Below are positions 12,680 through 27,400 of a stretch of DNA of 64,000 nt, piece after piece; the stretch's first letter is position 1; the number at the start of each line of letters is the position of its first letter. The stretch is taken from contig JAYWIR010000009.1 of assembly GCA_036172245.1 (NCBI GenBank), forward strand, positions 1,798,001 through 1,862,000, written 5' to 3'. The position numbers and the translations under genes are program-made. The notes under the pieces are model-generated. The model searched no databases. It was not told where the DNA came from and was given only the letters and a program-made list of their open reading frames with translations. The stretch comes from Raillietiella orientalis (lineage: Eukaryota).

Positions 12680-15600
12680 GTAGAGATGCCCCTCCTCCTG
12701 CGGACCTGGCTGGAGAGCCTCCGCACTGGCGCGCTGCGAAGGTCGCAGGCAGCGGCATCTGCGGGCAACACGACCACGACCGGCGGCGGCTCTCCCTCGC
12801 GTTCGAGAGAAATTTGCGTGGGAATACGCCGAGGTCTCGAGGGTGAGCTTGGGGACGTCACGCCGGAGCAGGCGTGCACGCTCGTCCCCGCCCCCCCCAT
12901 CCCCGTGTCGAGGGTGCGGAGCTCGCGGCGAAGGGAGGCGGCGACAGGAGCGCCTTTGTTGCACTTATCCAAAGGGCGGGACAAAGTGCGCAGGGAGGAC
13001 GCAGAGCTCCCGTGGTTGGTTCCGGAGGAATGTCGACCCCCCTCTCCCCCTTCTTCCACCAACGCGACCCTGGCAGGCGACGTTGACGCGGAGGCCGATG
13101 GCTGTCTGCCTTCCTCGCCGGAACATCCCTCCGCGCGGAGGCGCAATCCCAGGGAAACTCACGGCTTCAATCCGTCGTGGAGAGCGCGCATGCGCATCCC
13201 TGCGCGCAGAACGTGCCCGCCGTACCGCGGGCTAATTTTAGCCGTGCGACCCGGCGGTCCCGAAACGGCAAGAAGAGGCAGCGGAGCGAAAATGGGCGCC
13301 CGGCCGGGGGACGCTTTCGTTTGCGAAGACGGCGGGACTCCCTGGAGCCGCGGGCATTCCACCCTGCGTGGCCTGGCCTCAGGTGGGGTGCCTCGTCGAC
13401 CGTGTTGGCCTCGCTTCGCCTCCGAGTGTGGGGCACCCTCTGCCGCCCCTTCCTCTCCGCCCACGCTCCCCCCGCCCGGCATGGCCCAGCCCTCTCCGGA
13501 ACTTCCGATTTACCGCGGAAGGCGTGCACGTCTCTCCCGGCCCACGGTTTCCCACGCGCGGCGCTCGTGCACGGCGGGAGCGTTCTCTTGCCCTCGGTCG
13601 TGTCACGGGCGCGCCGCCCGCTCCCAGGAAACCGAAAGTGCGCCGCGACGCGGCAACCATGCCGAAAGTGGAGACGGGGGGAGGAGAGAGAACGCGTCGC
13701 GGCTATCCTGCGGTCAGTCATACCGACCTGCTCCCTCTGGCAGATGCCGAGAGGGAGGGGGAGAAGGCAAGGCGAGCTCCGTACTCCGGCGCGGAGGACA
13801 GATTTGCACTCCCGGAGCAGTACGTGTCCCGGTCCCGGACGACGCCTCCGGGGCAGCATGAGGGAGCAACGGCAGGGTCAGCCGTTGCGCTCGCGCGGGA
13901 ACCGTCGCGGCGCCTCCCATCCCGGAAATCGGATACGCTCGAGTGGACCACAGGCGCTGGAACCACACTCCCCTCCTGGGGCTGGGAAAGGAGTCCTTTC
14001 TCGCAGTCCCTAGGGACGGGAAGAGTATTGGGAGGTCCGTTCGAGGGAGGGTCTGGGAAGGCAATGGATGGCATGGAACTGGCTGGTTGAGGTCTCGGGA
14101 CAACCCGTGCCGTGCTTTGCCCAGGGGCGATCAGGTTTACCGGCAGGTTTCCCTGAAGGAGGAGGGGGAGAGGGGAAAGCGAACTCGAAGGGGAGGAAAG
14201 TTCCCAAAGAGTTTTTTAGCGAACAGTCAGGGTAGGGAACGAGCGGAACCGGAAAGCGCCAGCCTTGAAACGCATGGATGCCGCGTATCATGGCAACCCG
14301 AGTTTCCCGCGACGTCGTTCTCTGCTGCTCGAGTTCCCACAGGGCGAAAAACATTAAGGAGACTCGTGCGGAGAGGGGGCACCGCCCCTCCCTTGCAGAA
14401 CGTCGCCAGCGACCGAGGGGGACGCTGCGTGCGCGGCACAGGGAAGAGATGGCGGCGACTCCACCCGTTCCGGCTCGGCGGCCTCTTCCGCGGTGCCAAG
14501 GTGAAGAAGAGTTGCGTTTCCGGTGTCGGAGGCACCCGGCGGAGTGGGCGTCCTTGCGTGTGATTCCAACGCTCCTTAGCACGTTTCCTGGAAGGTCGGT
14601 CCTCCTCAACCTCGAGAGACGATCAGGGTGCAGGGAGGGGAGGAGGAAGGAAGGAAATCTTGGCCGAGGGAAGACTTCGAAGGGAAGACTGACGTGTGGG
14701 AAATCGGGACGCGAGGTCTCTGGAATCCCTCATCCGCTAGTCAGCACGCAGGAGCTCGGTGATGATTTCCCGGGATGCTCCTAGCGATGCTGCTGCAAGA
14801 TGCAAGGCGGAGTAAGGGAAGCGCCGTGGAGTTCCCCCATACCGAAGAGCTCGAGTGCTGCGGACGTTCGGGAATTCCAGGAATCACAAAGTCGCGCTCG
14901 AGGTGGCTTTCGGGTTCTCTTTCCATGCTCCTGGCGCTTCGCAGTCTTCCGCCCGTTTGCGGATGACCGAATCCGTGCATGGGAGGAACCCGGACGTCCC
15001 TGCTTTTTCTCCAGCCGACCGGAAGTTTTCCCCTTCCCGGCTCGAAGGGGCTCGGACAGTGTTGCCGTGATCGGAACCCCCCCCCCCCCCCCATTCATCC
15101 CTGGCAGCGGCGGGAGGTGCCGACAACGCGAGGAGGACCAGAGTCCGAACGATGGAGCGAGGTCCGTGTTGGACGAGAGGACGGAGTTTGTCAAAGGAGC
15201 TGAAGATCGGAAACGCGAGATTCGGTTACCGATCCGTGCGGCGGAGTCGGAAGACGTCCTTTTTTTCTCTCTCTCTCTCTCTTCTCTCTTCCTTTCTCTC
15301 TCTTCTCCTTTTTTGCATGGCTGCGGGGAACCAGCGAATGCAGGGGAGAACAGACGGAATCCTGGAAATCGCAGCGTCTGCCCATCACAAAGCACGCGCA
15401 TCCGCAACCCTTGCAGGGCAATCAGCCCGCAAGGGTTGCGGAACACAAGAAGCTGAACGCCGCACCAAGCAGTTGGCAAACACGGAAATATTCGCAACTT
15501 ACAAAATCACTGCCAAACCAACATCTATTTTTGCATCAAGCGAAGCGTAATCATGGCAACGCATGTCTCTCGTTGCCCCATGAGCCCGGAGCTCATGATG

Positions 15601-18600
15601 ATGTGACTGCACGCATCCAGGCGTGGTGGAACGAGCCATCGACCACTGCTGCAGAGCGAAGACACGCACCGGTCGGATAGGGAAGCGTCCCCTGCGTCTT
15701 CAAGGTGTGCCTATTTTTCGGTGGTGTGAGATGCAAGGATGGGAGGCTGCGCGCGTGCGGCTTATCCCGCCTGCGAAAGCAAGGATCCGCTCCCGCGTGG
15801 GATGGAAGGGGTATCCGGGGATTCCCCAGTCTCCAAGGAGTGGATTTACAAGGGACGGTTCCACGTTGCAGTGGGCTTTGGAGATTTAGGAAACGCTTTC
15901 GAGTTATCCACAATGCTTCCAAGAAAACAAAAAAACAAAAAAATCGTTTGATGGAATATTCTCAGCTAATTAAGTGAGATGAAGGATAGCAAAAATTAAG
16001 TGGCTCGTTTATTCCTGCCGCTGTTTATGACGTCATTTCGTCATTCTCGCCATTTTTCCATGTTTTGTTTCGTTTTGTTTTTTTAAAAAATAAAATAAAG
16101 TCAAACGGGGGTTGTTCTGACCATTTTTGAGTAGCTAAATGGCGTCCCGTCTTGACACTCGCCTGATGTCGAAGGGAACCGCCGGGCCTTGCTTCGAAAA
16201 CCGGAAGTTAGAGGAAGATTCACACTTTATGTGATAACCGCGCATGTTGTTAATACCATTCGCTGCACCTCCTCTTCGCTCGTACTCGGCTGCTGTACAG
16301 TTCCGCGCCATTTGAGCAGGATGCCATGGAACTGACCAGGTGCCCGAGCGCTGCGTGATCTCCGCGTTTCTCTGTCCTGGACACGGGGACCGAAGCCGCA
16401 GTTGGGGTCACCCGCAACGGCGGGCGACCCCAACTGAGCGCGTGTCCCGCGCTCACTGCCGACCGGGGGAACGCCGTGGTCCGTTCGCATCCCTCGCCGA
16501 CGTCGTCGACCGAAGGCCCGAATCCCATCATCGTCCTTCTTCTGATTTGCTCTTTGTCTCCCAGAAAGTCCTGCCTCCTGCAACCGACGCTGGCACGCAA
16601 ACGTCAGGGGTGGCGGTCGCTACCAATGGTCATCAGGATGTTTCCGATCCTAAAACGGATGATGTTCGGGTGAGTTTCCCACCTGCATCCGATCAGCAGT
16701 GCCAGAACACGTGGTTGCGCTCGAACACGTGGATGTCGGCCACGCAGCAGCAGCTCCTCGGCTCGGAGATTCAGCCACTCGTGATTCAGCAGAACACCGC
16801 CGTGTTTCCACGAAGCTGTTGCTTGGCTTCCGTTTCCCTTGGTGAAGATGACGGGTCGACACGTCCACGGTACACACCGAGTCGGAGGCGGGCGGGTGAA
16901 AACCTGCGGACAGCTCAGCTCCGCAGAGAATCTTTAAAGGAATGAAACACCGAAGGTGACGAACACCGAGCGGAAAATGGGAAAGGCGGAAGTCGAATTT
17001 CGAAAGGTTTTTCTTTCCCTCGCGGCTGTGCGATTTACGAAGGGTTGCGTCATCCCGCTGCTACACACTTCGTGTTTCCTCACGGAAACACGAAGTGTGC
17101 ATTTCTCCGAAGCCCTCCCGCCCTGATGCTGCGAAGCGATCCTCAGATGGATTCCAGACAAGAAGCCATATCCATAGGAATTGATGTGTTTCTTTCTTTT
17201 TTCTTGCTTATCACGCAAATTCTGTCACGTAAAGGAAAAAAAAAACGCCGATTTTTTTTTTTCGTTTCTTTCCTTTCCTTTCCTTCTTCACACTGTGGTT
17301 GCATTGGGTTTCGAACGAGGCCAAAACGTGTATTTCCGGGATGTCCCGGCAGGAATTCCTGCATAATGGATCTTTTGTTCGGTATAATGGGAACCACACG
17401 GAATTCTTATCGTTTCGATTGCTGGTCGCAATGTGCCTATCCCAATTCACGTAATTGTGTGCTCTAGCGTTCTGCTGCTACGCGCTTTGTCGACGTGTCA
17501 GCCATCCGTGTTTACCAACATCGTCGTTAAGGGTTCAACCCCCCCCCCTCCCCTCCCCCAACACTTGTGCACCTCCTTACGCTTTGCAACTGATTTGCAG
17601 AACCAGTGCATTCGTGAATGGCAAGCCTGGTGCTATTGGATGGCCAACTCCTCCCATCTATCAGCGGATGGGAGAACCATCCTCGCTCAACTCGAAGCGT
17701 GCTTTTGCCAGCCCGCGTCAAAGATGGGAGACCGAGAGCGCCAACTACCGTGGGGCGATGGAAGTGTTGAGATCCATCCCATTCATACGGGGACACTGTG
17801 GAACGAAGCGAATGAACCCGGCCAGCTGGGTGCTGCTGATGCTGGACGGCCAGAGGATGCGTTTGAGGTATGCTGTTGTTTTGCATTCCGTTGCAGTGAT
17901 TTTCCGCGGTTTGTGCGTCCCAGATCGGAAAGTGTGTGCGTGGCGCGGGGATTTCGGGTGGGAGTGCGTTGCTGACAAACAGAGGGGGGAAGAGAGAGAG
18001 AGAAAAAAAAAAAAATCCGGGTGCACCCGTTTTCTCCCTTTTTTCTCCCCGTTTGACATTCGTGTGCCCCAGCACCGCATCTACGCGGATCCACGCGGGA
18101 ACTAACGCGGGTTTCTCAGGATGTGGACGTGACGAAACCGAAAGTAAATATCAATGTAATTGAATATTGAAATTGGGGAGGGGAGGGACGCAGAAACAGC
18201 AGCGAGACGATGATGCTTTCCTAAACGACGTGTTCCCTCGCAGTGCATCTCCGGAGGAATGGAATCTGCGTTTGCTGCACACCCTCATCCTTGTGGGAAG
18301 CGAAAATTCCGTTTCAGCTGCTTCGTTTCATTTACGAGTTCCAATCGGAAAGCGCGGAAGTTGTTGTGGTCGTCGTTGTTATTACCGTGATTATTTTCAT
18401 CAGAGGAAAAGAATGTGCATCGGGAAATGTTATTTTTGTTTTGATGACGTTGCATCATCACGATGGATGCGCGAATCTCGGTGTGAAACGGACCATCTGC
18501 GATTAGCTCGCCCGCGCCGGGCACCACCGCCAACCCTTGCGTTCTGCGCCCGCAGTTCATCGCCACGCATCTCGCCATCTGTGTTCGGATCCGATACCCC

Positions 18601-20246
18601 TCCCCCCTCTTCTTCTTTCCATCTCCCTGCCTGGTCACCAGAAACGCGAATCCAGTCACGTGACCTCTTCGAAAAGGCAAAGCACCGTCGGCGTTTCTTG
18701 TTCGCAGCGGCGCAAACGCGGAATGCGCGGAGGTGCGTGGATGGGAATTGTTGGTCCAGGAGTTCCGCTTCTCCATCCGACGCGCGGAAGAACGATGAGG
18801 AAGAATCCATGTGTTGGCTGTGACTATTTACTCTCCATTGCATATCAGGAAGGAAAAAGGCGGAAAACGGAAGTTTATCCGCGTGGACACGGAAGCGACT
18901 CTGAAACCACCAACCCTTTGCTGCGTTTGAATACTGAACTGAGACCCAGATGGATGGGAGACCGAGAGGGAGGGAATGCGAGTAACGAATTCGGATCAGT
19001 TTCCGGAGTCTCTGGACCGTGGCAGCTCCCAGGTGGTTCGTCACGAATCGCAATGACCTCTGTGAAGGCGCATCTCGGCCGTAGCCGTGCGACTGGATTC
19101 CGTGGTACGGGAACAGTCGTTCGGAAGGTGGCCACCAAGATCTGTAGCCACCATCTCCAGGATTTGCGCTCCCCGTTTTTGCTGATCCGCGCGAGAGGGT
19201 GCACGAAAACTGGGGCGAACGCCTCGCGGATGGTGGCTCGTCGAGAGGGTTTTTTCCACGTTCTTCTTCTTCTGCGAAGGTGTGCATCTCTCGTTCATCT
19301 TCACATCTTGCGCATCCATGACTGGTGGTGTCGGAGTCGAGTTTTTCGAAAGAACGCGCTCTCTCCCTCCCCGCAGCATCCGCCGGGCGCTGGAGGAGCA
19401 TCACAAAGTCCGTGATTTCATACTTTGCTCGAGATCAAGACGTGTCTTCACGATTCCGACTCGCTGCCGAAGCACCTCGGAAATACGAATGCGAGCTTAC
19501 GCGAGTGTGTTCGTAAGGGGTGTTTCATTTCAAACGGGACCTGAGGGGGAGGGGGGGAACACCGATCCCCTTCTGCAAGGATGGAGGCTCCGCCATCTTG
19601 GAGGAAAATTCCTTTCCTCCTAACGCATTCGAAATTGCAGAATGTCCCTCCCAGGAGATCCCGCTTCCTCTTCGTGCGGCCCGTCTTTCCCACCACCATC
19701 CCAGCAAGATGGCCTTTTCGTCCCGAGCCACTTTGAAAATTCGCATCCCTCCAATTTCTTGCTCTTTCGTTCCTTCGACGGACCGTTGCCGTGCATCTGA
19801 AAATTTGCCGCGACGAAATCATCCCAGGCGCATCATCGTCGTCATTCCTCGGTGAGGTTTTGGTGGAGTTTTTTTTTTTCTTCTTTCACGTCATGCGAAT
19901 TCTGCCCCTCGGTGGGGGCTCGGCGCAGTGGCACTCGGAACAACTCGGAAGGAATTTGCCTACTTCGTGATTGCTGCTTCCCCTACTGGACTGTGAAATT
20001 ATTTATTGGCCTTCTTCAGCGCCGTTCCGCTGTTCTTATAACCTCTGTTCTTTAGTGCTGTACCATTTGTTCCGTTCTTCACTGCCTCGTTCTTTTTTCA
20101 TTGAATATTCTGTCCGACTGGGGGTCCATAAGGAGACGCACACGCAAGTTGGTGGCGGTCGGTCGTTGTGACCGTTCGGAGACCAGCTTGAAAGAACGAG
20201 ATGTGTGACCCACGCGTGCTGTGGAACGAACACATCCGCGAGCACG

Positions 20247-20277
<31 letters not shown>

Positions 20278-23200
20278 TCCAGCATTCCCCATCCCTGACG
20301 TGTATCATGAACCACGTGCTTGTAAACTCAGGACAAACCAAAGAGAGGACTTGACCTCGCTGCGCTGAGTAGTTTCCCCTGGAGGAGGGCAGGGGGAATC
20401 CCAGGTTCTGTGATTGTGATTTGTCTTCGAGGTTTTGGTTGGTTGATTACCATTCGTCATCCTTTGGTCCACTTTTGTCATGGCATTGAAAACCTCCGGA
20501 CCGCAGTTTTCGGATCCAGCGTTGTTCCCCATCTTCGGTTCCATCGAAGATAAACGATTGCAATGATGTGGAAGGGTGTCCGAAATGGCTACGAATTCGG
20601 AAGCAGAAACTGACCGTCTGGAAGGATAGTCGCATCTCAAGCCGCACTTCAAAGCTGAGAGCGAATAAGGCGAAATAATCCGAGAAGAAAGCAGCAGCAG
20701 GTGATGGAATAAATAGAGCAGGTGACTAGAATGATGGACAGAGTTTTTGTGTGTGTGTGTGTGTGTGAAAACGTGTGCGTACTCTCAATAGAGCTTCTCG
20801 TGCTCCGAATTCTTCCCTCCTTTCTATCGGAGGAAAGACGAGCTTCAGCGAACTTTTTTAGATGGAGGAGAAGAAATTCAAGAGTTGCGCAAGGAAGCTG
20901 CGTGCGAACTTTTAAATGAAAGTGCTTTGATGTTTTTCATGTGAGATTTTTTTTTTTTTTTCCAAGTGCCTGTCTGATGCCGGGCAGCGTTCGTAGGAGA
21001 TCCGTCTCGTTTGTCCTTCGCGTGATCCCACCTCACTTCTTTCGCGAATTCGTGGACCAATTGCAGGCGGCATTGCCACCCACTCCTGTCTTTCATAATG
21101 GAAGACCGTTGCCTCGTTGTCTCCATTTTGGTAACTGCTATTGTGTTCTTCACTGATGAACCTGAACGCCTCTTCTTGCGTTTGGATCGTGTGATTTCTC
21201 GAGAAACGTCTCCATGGAGACGGCCAGGCCTGTCCTCCTAGTGCGACGGAATTTCTTGCTTAGGTCTCTGCTTCTCGAATGTGATTGACTTACGAGCGCA
21301 TTTGTGCAAGGATGAGGAATTGGTGTGATGATTCAGTGTCGTAATATCCAGGTGAAATCAATTATTCAAACGAGCCTTTTTTGTCCTTTTTTTTTTTTTC
21401 TTCTTCTTTCGATGGCTTCACGGGCACGAAGGAAGAATTCAACATGCCCGAGGCACATCGATAAATTCTTTAACTGCGAGTGCGGTGGGGGTCCGTAGGT
21501 TGTGGGATTCCAAGTTTTTTTCTCCCCAGCACCTGAGGACCTGTTCCGAATCGTCTGTGGCTCGGACCTCAGTTGTCTCGGTGTGGTATGCGAACAGAAC
21601 ACTGCTTTCGACCGGTGTCATCATCATGTAGTCCTTGGAACTCTATTGGGTTGGCGTGCAGACGTGTCCGTGTTCACTTGGTGATTCGCGCGCGTGGGCA
21701 GCTCGGCTTCCTCGCACACGTGGCGCGAGGGCGGACAAGTGGCTCCCGGCGTAGCCACGGATAATAAACCAAAGAAGAAACGGAGAGTGGCAACAAGATG
21801 GAGGCGCCCTTGGAAACGTTTCGGAGCGCAAGGTTGTGGAAGAACTGCTCGGAAGACACGTGGATGCTTGAAATTTCGAGCCACTTTGCGTTCCGTGGTT
21901 CCTTTCTGCGGAGCTCACACTTGCGTGAAAAAGACTTCCCCTCTGCTACCGAGACGGCAAACTTTCTGTTGCAGAAACCGATTTGCATAAGTGCGTGGTA
22001 CCTCGAGGAATTGCCGACGACTCCGGATGAAGAGGAGACGGAGTGAAAGCATCTGCAGAGTGGTTTCCCCTTTCCTTCTGGACGGCTGTTGTTTACGCTT
22101 GACCGTGGACTCCGCGCGCGCGCCCATCTTGGGATCCTGCAAAGAGGGACCGATGGCATCATCGTACGCTTGCGGATCTTCCGAATCCTGTTAATTCTTT
22201 GGAACCATCTCCATGAAGAATGACCGATTGCAGAAGCTACGCTTGAGGAGTCATGCTTGACGAAATTATTCCAGCAAACTTTCTAACAGGTGTTAGAGAA
22301 GCTTTTACCCCATTTCAGGGTTTGCTTGCGTCGCACAGGCGTGGATCTTGAATAAAAATGGACTCTGCCGAGAAAATGACAGAGGTGGTAGCGTTTCATC
22401 GTTCAAGCAGTCAGAAAGACATCGTGTGGAAACACAGGGATACGCAAGGAGAGTCGGAATTTTTAGACCCTGTGCCATGTGGATCTCTCAGGACTTTTGG
22501 AATTTGTGCAATCGATCCGGTTTTGCTTTCGAAGGATGGCTGCGGGGGACGCTTCACATTCGGGAGATGAAACGTGGTTGGCAAACAGCAGCAGAAGCAG
22601 TCGGAACAGCATCCACGTCATCATCATGGGATCGCGGATGTGCATGCTGCGGACTGGATGGTGTGCTCTCAATGCGCCGCCGCCATCTCATCCTACATTA
22701 CAGTGTGGGTTTCATTTGCGTCCAAGAGTGGCCAGAAAGCTGAAGATTGCAACAAACCCGGGCTGTCTGCAGCATCAGATGTTTGTCTTTCCTCGTTCCA
22801 GAACTCGTCAAGTGACGTATCCTGAAGCGGTTTAGAGTTGTGGTTCCCTATGTCAGGGTATCCATTCGTGTTTTTTTTTTTTGTGTGTGTGCGTTTACTT
22901 TGAGATCTCGATCCAAACCTTTACCTCGAAATGAGCATTTACACGTGTTTGGTTGGAACTTTGGACCGTTTGATGAGAGCTCTAAGCTTCCGTGGTAGGG
23001 AGTCGACACCATACCGTAGCTGCGGAGTGGATTAACCCATAATAAACCCAAGGAATCAACGAGCAAGTGGACGATCGCAGGATTCCCAGCCGTTCAAATT
23101 CGAGTTTGATTTGCCAGGCCATCGGAAGGGAAAGGCCGCTGCTTTTCGTCCTATATGTCTTCGGAGGTTTCAGCAGCACGGAAGAATGCTGCTGCAGAAT

Positions 23201-24340
23201 TGCGAGACCGAAGGCATAAAATTTTATCCTTCGACTTGCATTACAGAAGAGCCGTCAACTTGTTCATTTGAACTTGCTTTATGCACGGGGATGTTGCCCA
23301 TAAAGCAGCCAGGTCGTGCAGCCACGCGCGCCTTGCATTACACGAAAGCCTACGAGCTTGTGCCATCATCTCGTCTCCGATTCTAAGATGATCTTTCCCT
23401 TTCCGCCCAGAGGTCTGTCCACTGATTACATTGGCTCGGTTCACAAGGATTTCAGCGTCGGTCTTTCGGCGCGAGAGAGATTGCATCTGCGTTCTCGAAA
23501 CGCGGCCTCTTGGAATGCATTTCAGTGGGGAGGACCGCTTCGGTGGCGCGCGGAGAAACGTTCTGCACTCACCCGGGCCGCGTGTGTTGGAGTGCCTGGA
23601 CGTCAGGGGAGATTCCCGACTTTGTTCCGAAATCCCGCACCGAAAACAAAAAAAGAAAAAATCCAGCCAGGAAACTGCAACGATTCCCGTATTGGACCGC
23701 ACACAAATGTTTTTTGGCCACCTTTCCTTCCACTCCTCGTCCGCCGTCGGGATTGCGACCTCGCGGCGGTCGGGACACAATCGACGTTTTTTCCTGATGG
23801 TGTCCAACCAGGGCCTCGAGTTCCGGACCGATTTGCTCTGCGACTTCCGAGTGCGTTCCTGGACCCGTGACCCCACCGGACCTCGCGTGTTGCTGCCGCC
23901 CGTTTCGCGTCTTTCAGGTGCGACCCGGGTTGCGGGTCGAAGCTTCTTCGGGTCCAGCGCTCCGAAGAGGGCCTTCGGAACGCATGCCTTCTTTCTGCCT
24001 CCCCGAGTCGACCTCCGGGGGCGATTGTGGCTACTCGTGCGGGTGGAACGCCTCCCGTCGACACTTCGGCAGATTGTCTACGCAGATCTGGCAGCTTGAG
24101 GAAGGACCCGAGCTCGAATCTCGCCGGCATTTAATTGCCGTGAATCCCCACTCGGAGGCAGCTTGGAAGGAGCACGAAGTGAACCTAATTCGGATTCGCA
24201 AGCAAATTATTGCCCTCGCCGTGAAGATGTGTTTTCCGTAGTGTTGGCGGCTCTTGCAGTGGATCATAAAGACGAGGACGGGATGTTGCGTTTCTACGAG
24301 CGACATGCACCAGAAGGAAATTGATTTCCACCGAGCTGTG

Positions 24341-24406
<66 letters not shown>

Positions 24407-27400
24407 GTTTGTGGAAGTGGAGTTGGAACGAGTAGGAGGAATACTTTGGGTGTCAAGCTGCTGCTCCGTGAGTTCCCGAACATCTTCCTTCATCCCGGCT
24501 GCTTTTGGCACAGCATGACCGCCGTGGCAAACGTCTGCCGACGAAAGACGTTGCCTTCAGGAAATGCCAACATCCAAACGGGGAGAGAGAATCGTTGGGG
24601 GAAACGCCGTTCTCCCCGGGACGCGTACTTCTCATCCTTGGCGACAGCATCGCGCCTTCCGATCCAAACCTACGAACGCATGTCGTCCCTCTCGTGCGGG
24701 GATGGTGGCGGAGTGCAGCGTGCGGAAAGATGCCTCTCTGGAACCCCCGGAGCCCGAAAAGCGTCCCGAAACGCACTTCCTCCGCCTCCTTCGTACGTGC
24801 GCGCGCCTCACTCCGAATTACCTCGGCGTGAGGAAATACGAGAAAATTCTTTTGCAAGCTGCGTGTTTGCGAAATGATAGGCCTGAAATGTAGGGTGTGA
24901 CGAAACACGTGTTGGCCGGGATTCTGTCAGGATGCCGTGCGCTGCTTCGACCCCGTCCCTTTCCCACATTACTCACCTGTAAAATGACTATGGCAGTGCG
25001 CTTGTGTGTTGTTGTTGTTTGTTTTGTTCGACGTGTTTGCTTGTTCTCCTTTGCGCGCGGCCCACGACGACGACGACGACGACGACGGCGATCTGAGCCA
25101 ATCAACGTGTGGGAGAAAATCAGAAGCGGACAAGGAAACAGTTCGGTTCACTTTTCCAACTTGCCGCTGGGCGCGAGCGTGAGCGATTCTGCCACACGGG
25201 GCCTCACCTCCGATTCCGGAAAGTTCTGCAAGCGTGAAGTGCTGCTGATGTGTGTGCATCTGTGTGCACGGGACTCGGGCTCCAGGTGGTTGCTTTCGGA
25301 GGCGCCGTGCCTCGGAGTGTGGTGGTGGTGGTGGTGGTGGTTTGCCCTCGTTTGCTGAGATTTTCAAAGTATGCCATCCTCGTGATTTCTCCCACGAAAT
25401 AGTGGTGACGACGCAGTGTTTTTTTTTCTTTTTTTTCTTCCCCCCTCCCCCCCCCCCCGAACATATCACCAAAGGTCACGGTAATCCTATACCATAATTT
25501 TCAATCCTCGGTCTCGGAAAATAGGGGTATTTAGAACCCGTCAGAAGGGTAACTCTGCGTTCTAAAAGAGAGCGTCTTCGGGGATAATCTGCCATCGTTT
25601 GATGCCGTCGAAAAATGGGTTACGACCCCTACGGCTTTCACCCTGCGTGCGTTCGGACCAATGGAAGATGTGCGTCTGGCCGTCTGGAAAGGATTCGAGT
25701 AACCTTGCCAAACTGGTCAGCGCGAGACCCCCATTTTGAAGCAGTCGGTTTCGGTGGATGTAAACTTGCCTCGAGGCGTGGGGTGCATGGTGTGCTGCGG
25801 ATCCCTTCTTATTCCCGTAGTGCGTGCGAAATCTGTGGAATCGGTCCATGAAATCTGTGAAAAACTCACATGCAGGTGTTTTCAAAGCGATCTTCCTCGA
25901 GCTATTTTTCATCTCGAGCTCCCCGTCGTCCCTCATGCTGAAGTGTCGGTGCTGCCCCTCAAGATGGCTTTCCTTTTCCGGAAACTTTTGATTTTCACGG
26001 GAATTTATCGTAACCTACCCCATACTTAATGAGGGGAAATACTCTCCCCCCCCCCCATGCTGCTTTATCTCGTTCCAAGAAGGTTTCCATGTCACTTGCT
26101 GCAGGTGTTTTAAAGCTTAGTGCACACTGCAGCAACACACATATGTTCTTCCGTACGCCGGATGAAATTTTGTTTAGGATTTTCCTTGACCGTACTTCAA
26201 TAGGACTTCGGGATTTCCGTGTAGGCAGTCGAATATCCAGGATTTAAATGTGCGCTGAAGTTTTGGGAAGGAAAAGTATCCCTCTTGAACATTGCGACTT
26301 TAACATCGGGTCGGAAGCGCAGCGTGTGGGTCTTTCCGCTCTCAGCTGCCACACCGCAATTGAGTTCTATGAGCGCGGAGAGATGAGAAAAACGCATCAG
26401 AGCTCTCGAAGAGCCTCCTGGAAGCACGTGTCTTTGTCTCCGCATCTGGATCCTTGTCTCCTGTCGAAGACAAAAATGAAAAGCAAACACTCGTGATAAT
26501 GGGAGGCCACGGTCTGGTCGCATTTGCCTTCCTTCGTTTTCGTGTCTCCTCCGTCGTCTGTACACAGGAAATTGAAAGCAAAGTGGCTCTTTGAGCAAGT
26601 TGCTTGAGTTTTTTGTCCCCCCCCCCCCCCTCGGCTTGCCATTGAACATTTGCTTGTGGAGCATTTGTTTGCTCTGCGGCGGCAAGTTGTTTTGCGCCAG
26701 TGTGAAACAAGTTCGCTGAGGTTGGCAACCCTGCGGTCGAAGCTGCATCCGCCGTTTCTGTGCCGTCTTCGTGCGCTTTTTCTTCTTCTTCTTCTTCTTC
26801 TTCTTCTCCTCTGGGGAAGTTGAGAAAACGAACTTCAGGTGCATGTGGACACCTGAACTTTCGTCCTTGGGCTAGCCAGGAACACAACTTTTCAGAAACA
26901 CAGCTATGTGATTTGGGCTTGCGAAACAAAATAATGTGTAACTTCCAGTCATGCAGGTCATGATTTCTGTCCATCAGCACCGACACGTCAGTCATTTGGG
27001 CTCCCGAGTTCGTCCATACGGCAGCACCCACGGAAAGTTTTTTTTTTCCTGTTTTTGCTAGCTGACTCGAGGCTGCCACGTGTGTCCCATTCCAAGGTCT
27101 TTCATCCACGGAGACTTGGGCTGGAAGTGCCCTAAGAAATGAACCCTGTGGGAGCAACACGCGCGTCCCTTCAGTGCAGCCTGACTTTAATCCTTCAGAT
27201 CTGAAAGGAAAAATTTTTTTTTTTTTTCTGAATCACCCCCGTCTGGAGCCGAAGAGTCGCGCGAAAAGCGTCTTCTCCCGGCCTGGAAGCCTCGACGACT
27301 CGGATGCGCTCGGAACTCTCTTTGCGTGAAGACCTCAGCGTGCGTTATTTACAGAGCATCTTCTTATGTGTTTCCAAATTACTGCTGTCTGCTAACCGTT

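Noticed and set aside
12131..13861. 576-aa ORF as a single-exon gene
   Set aside because: Only 12311-12679 looks coding and is bounded by splice sites; the rest is R/P/G/A-rich chance read-through in high-GC sequence.
17375..17430. tRNA/SINE-like A-box (GGTATAATGG)
   Set aside because: No cloverleaf or proper B-box.
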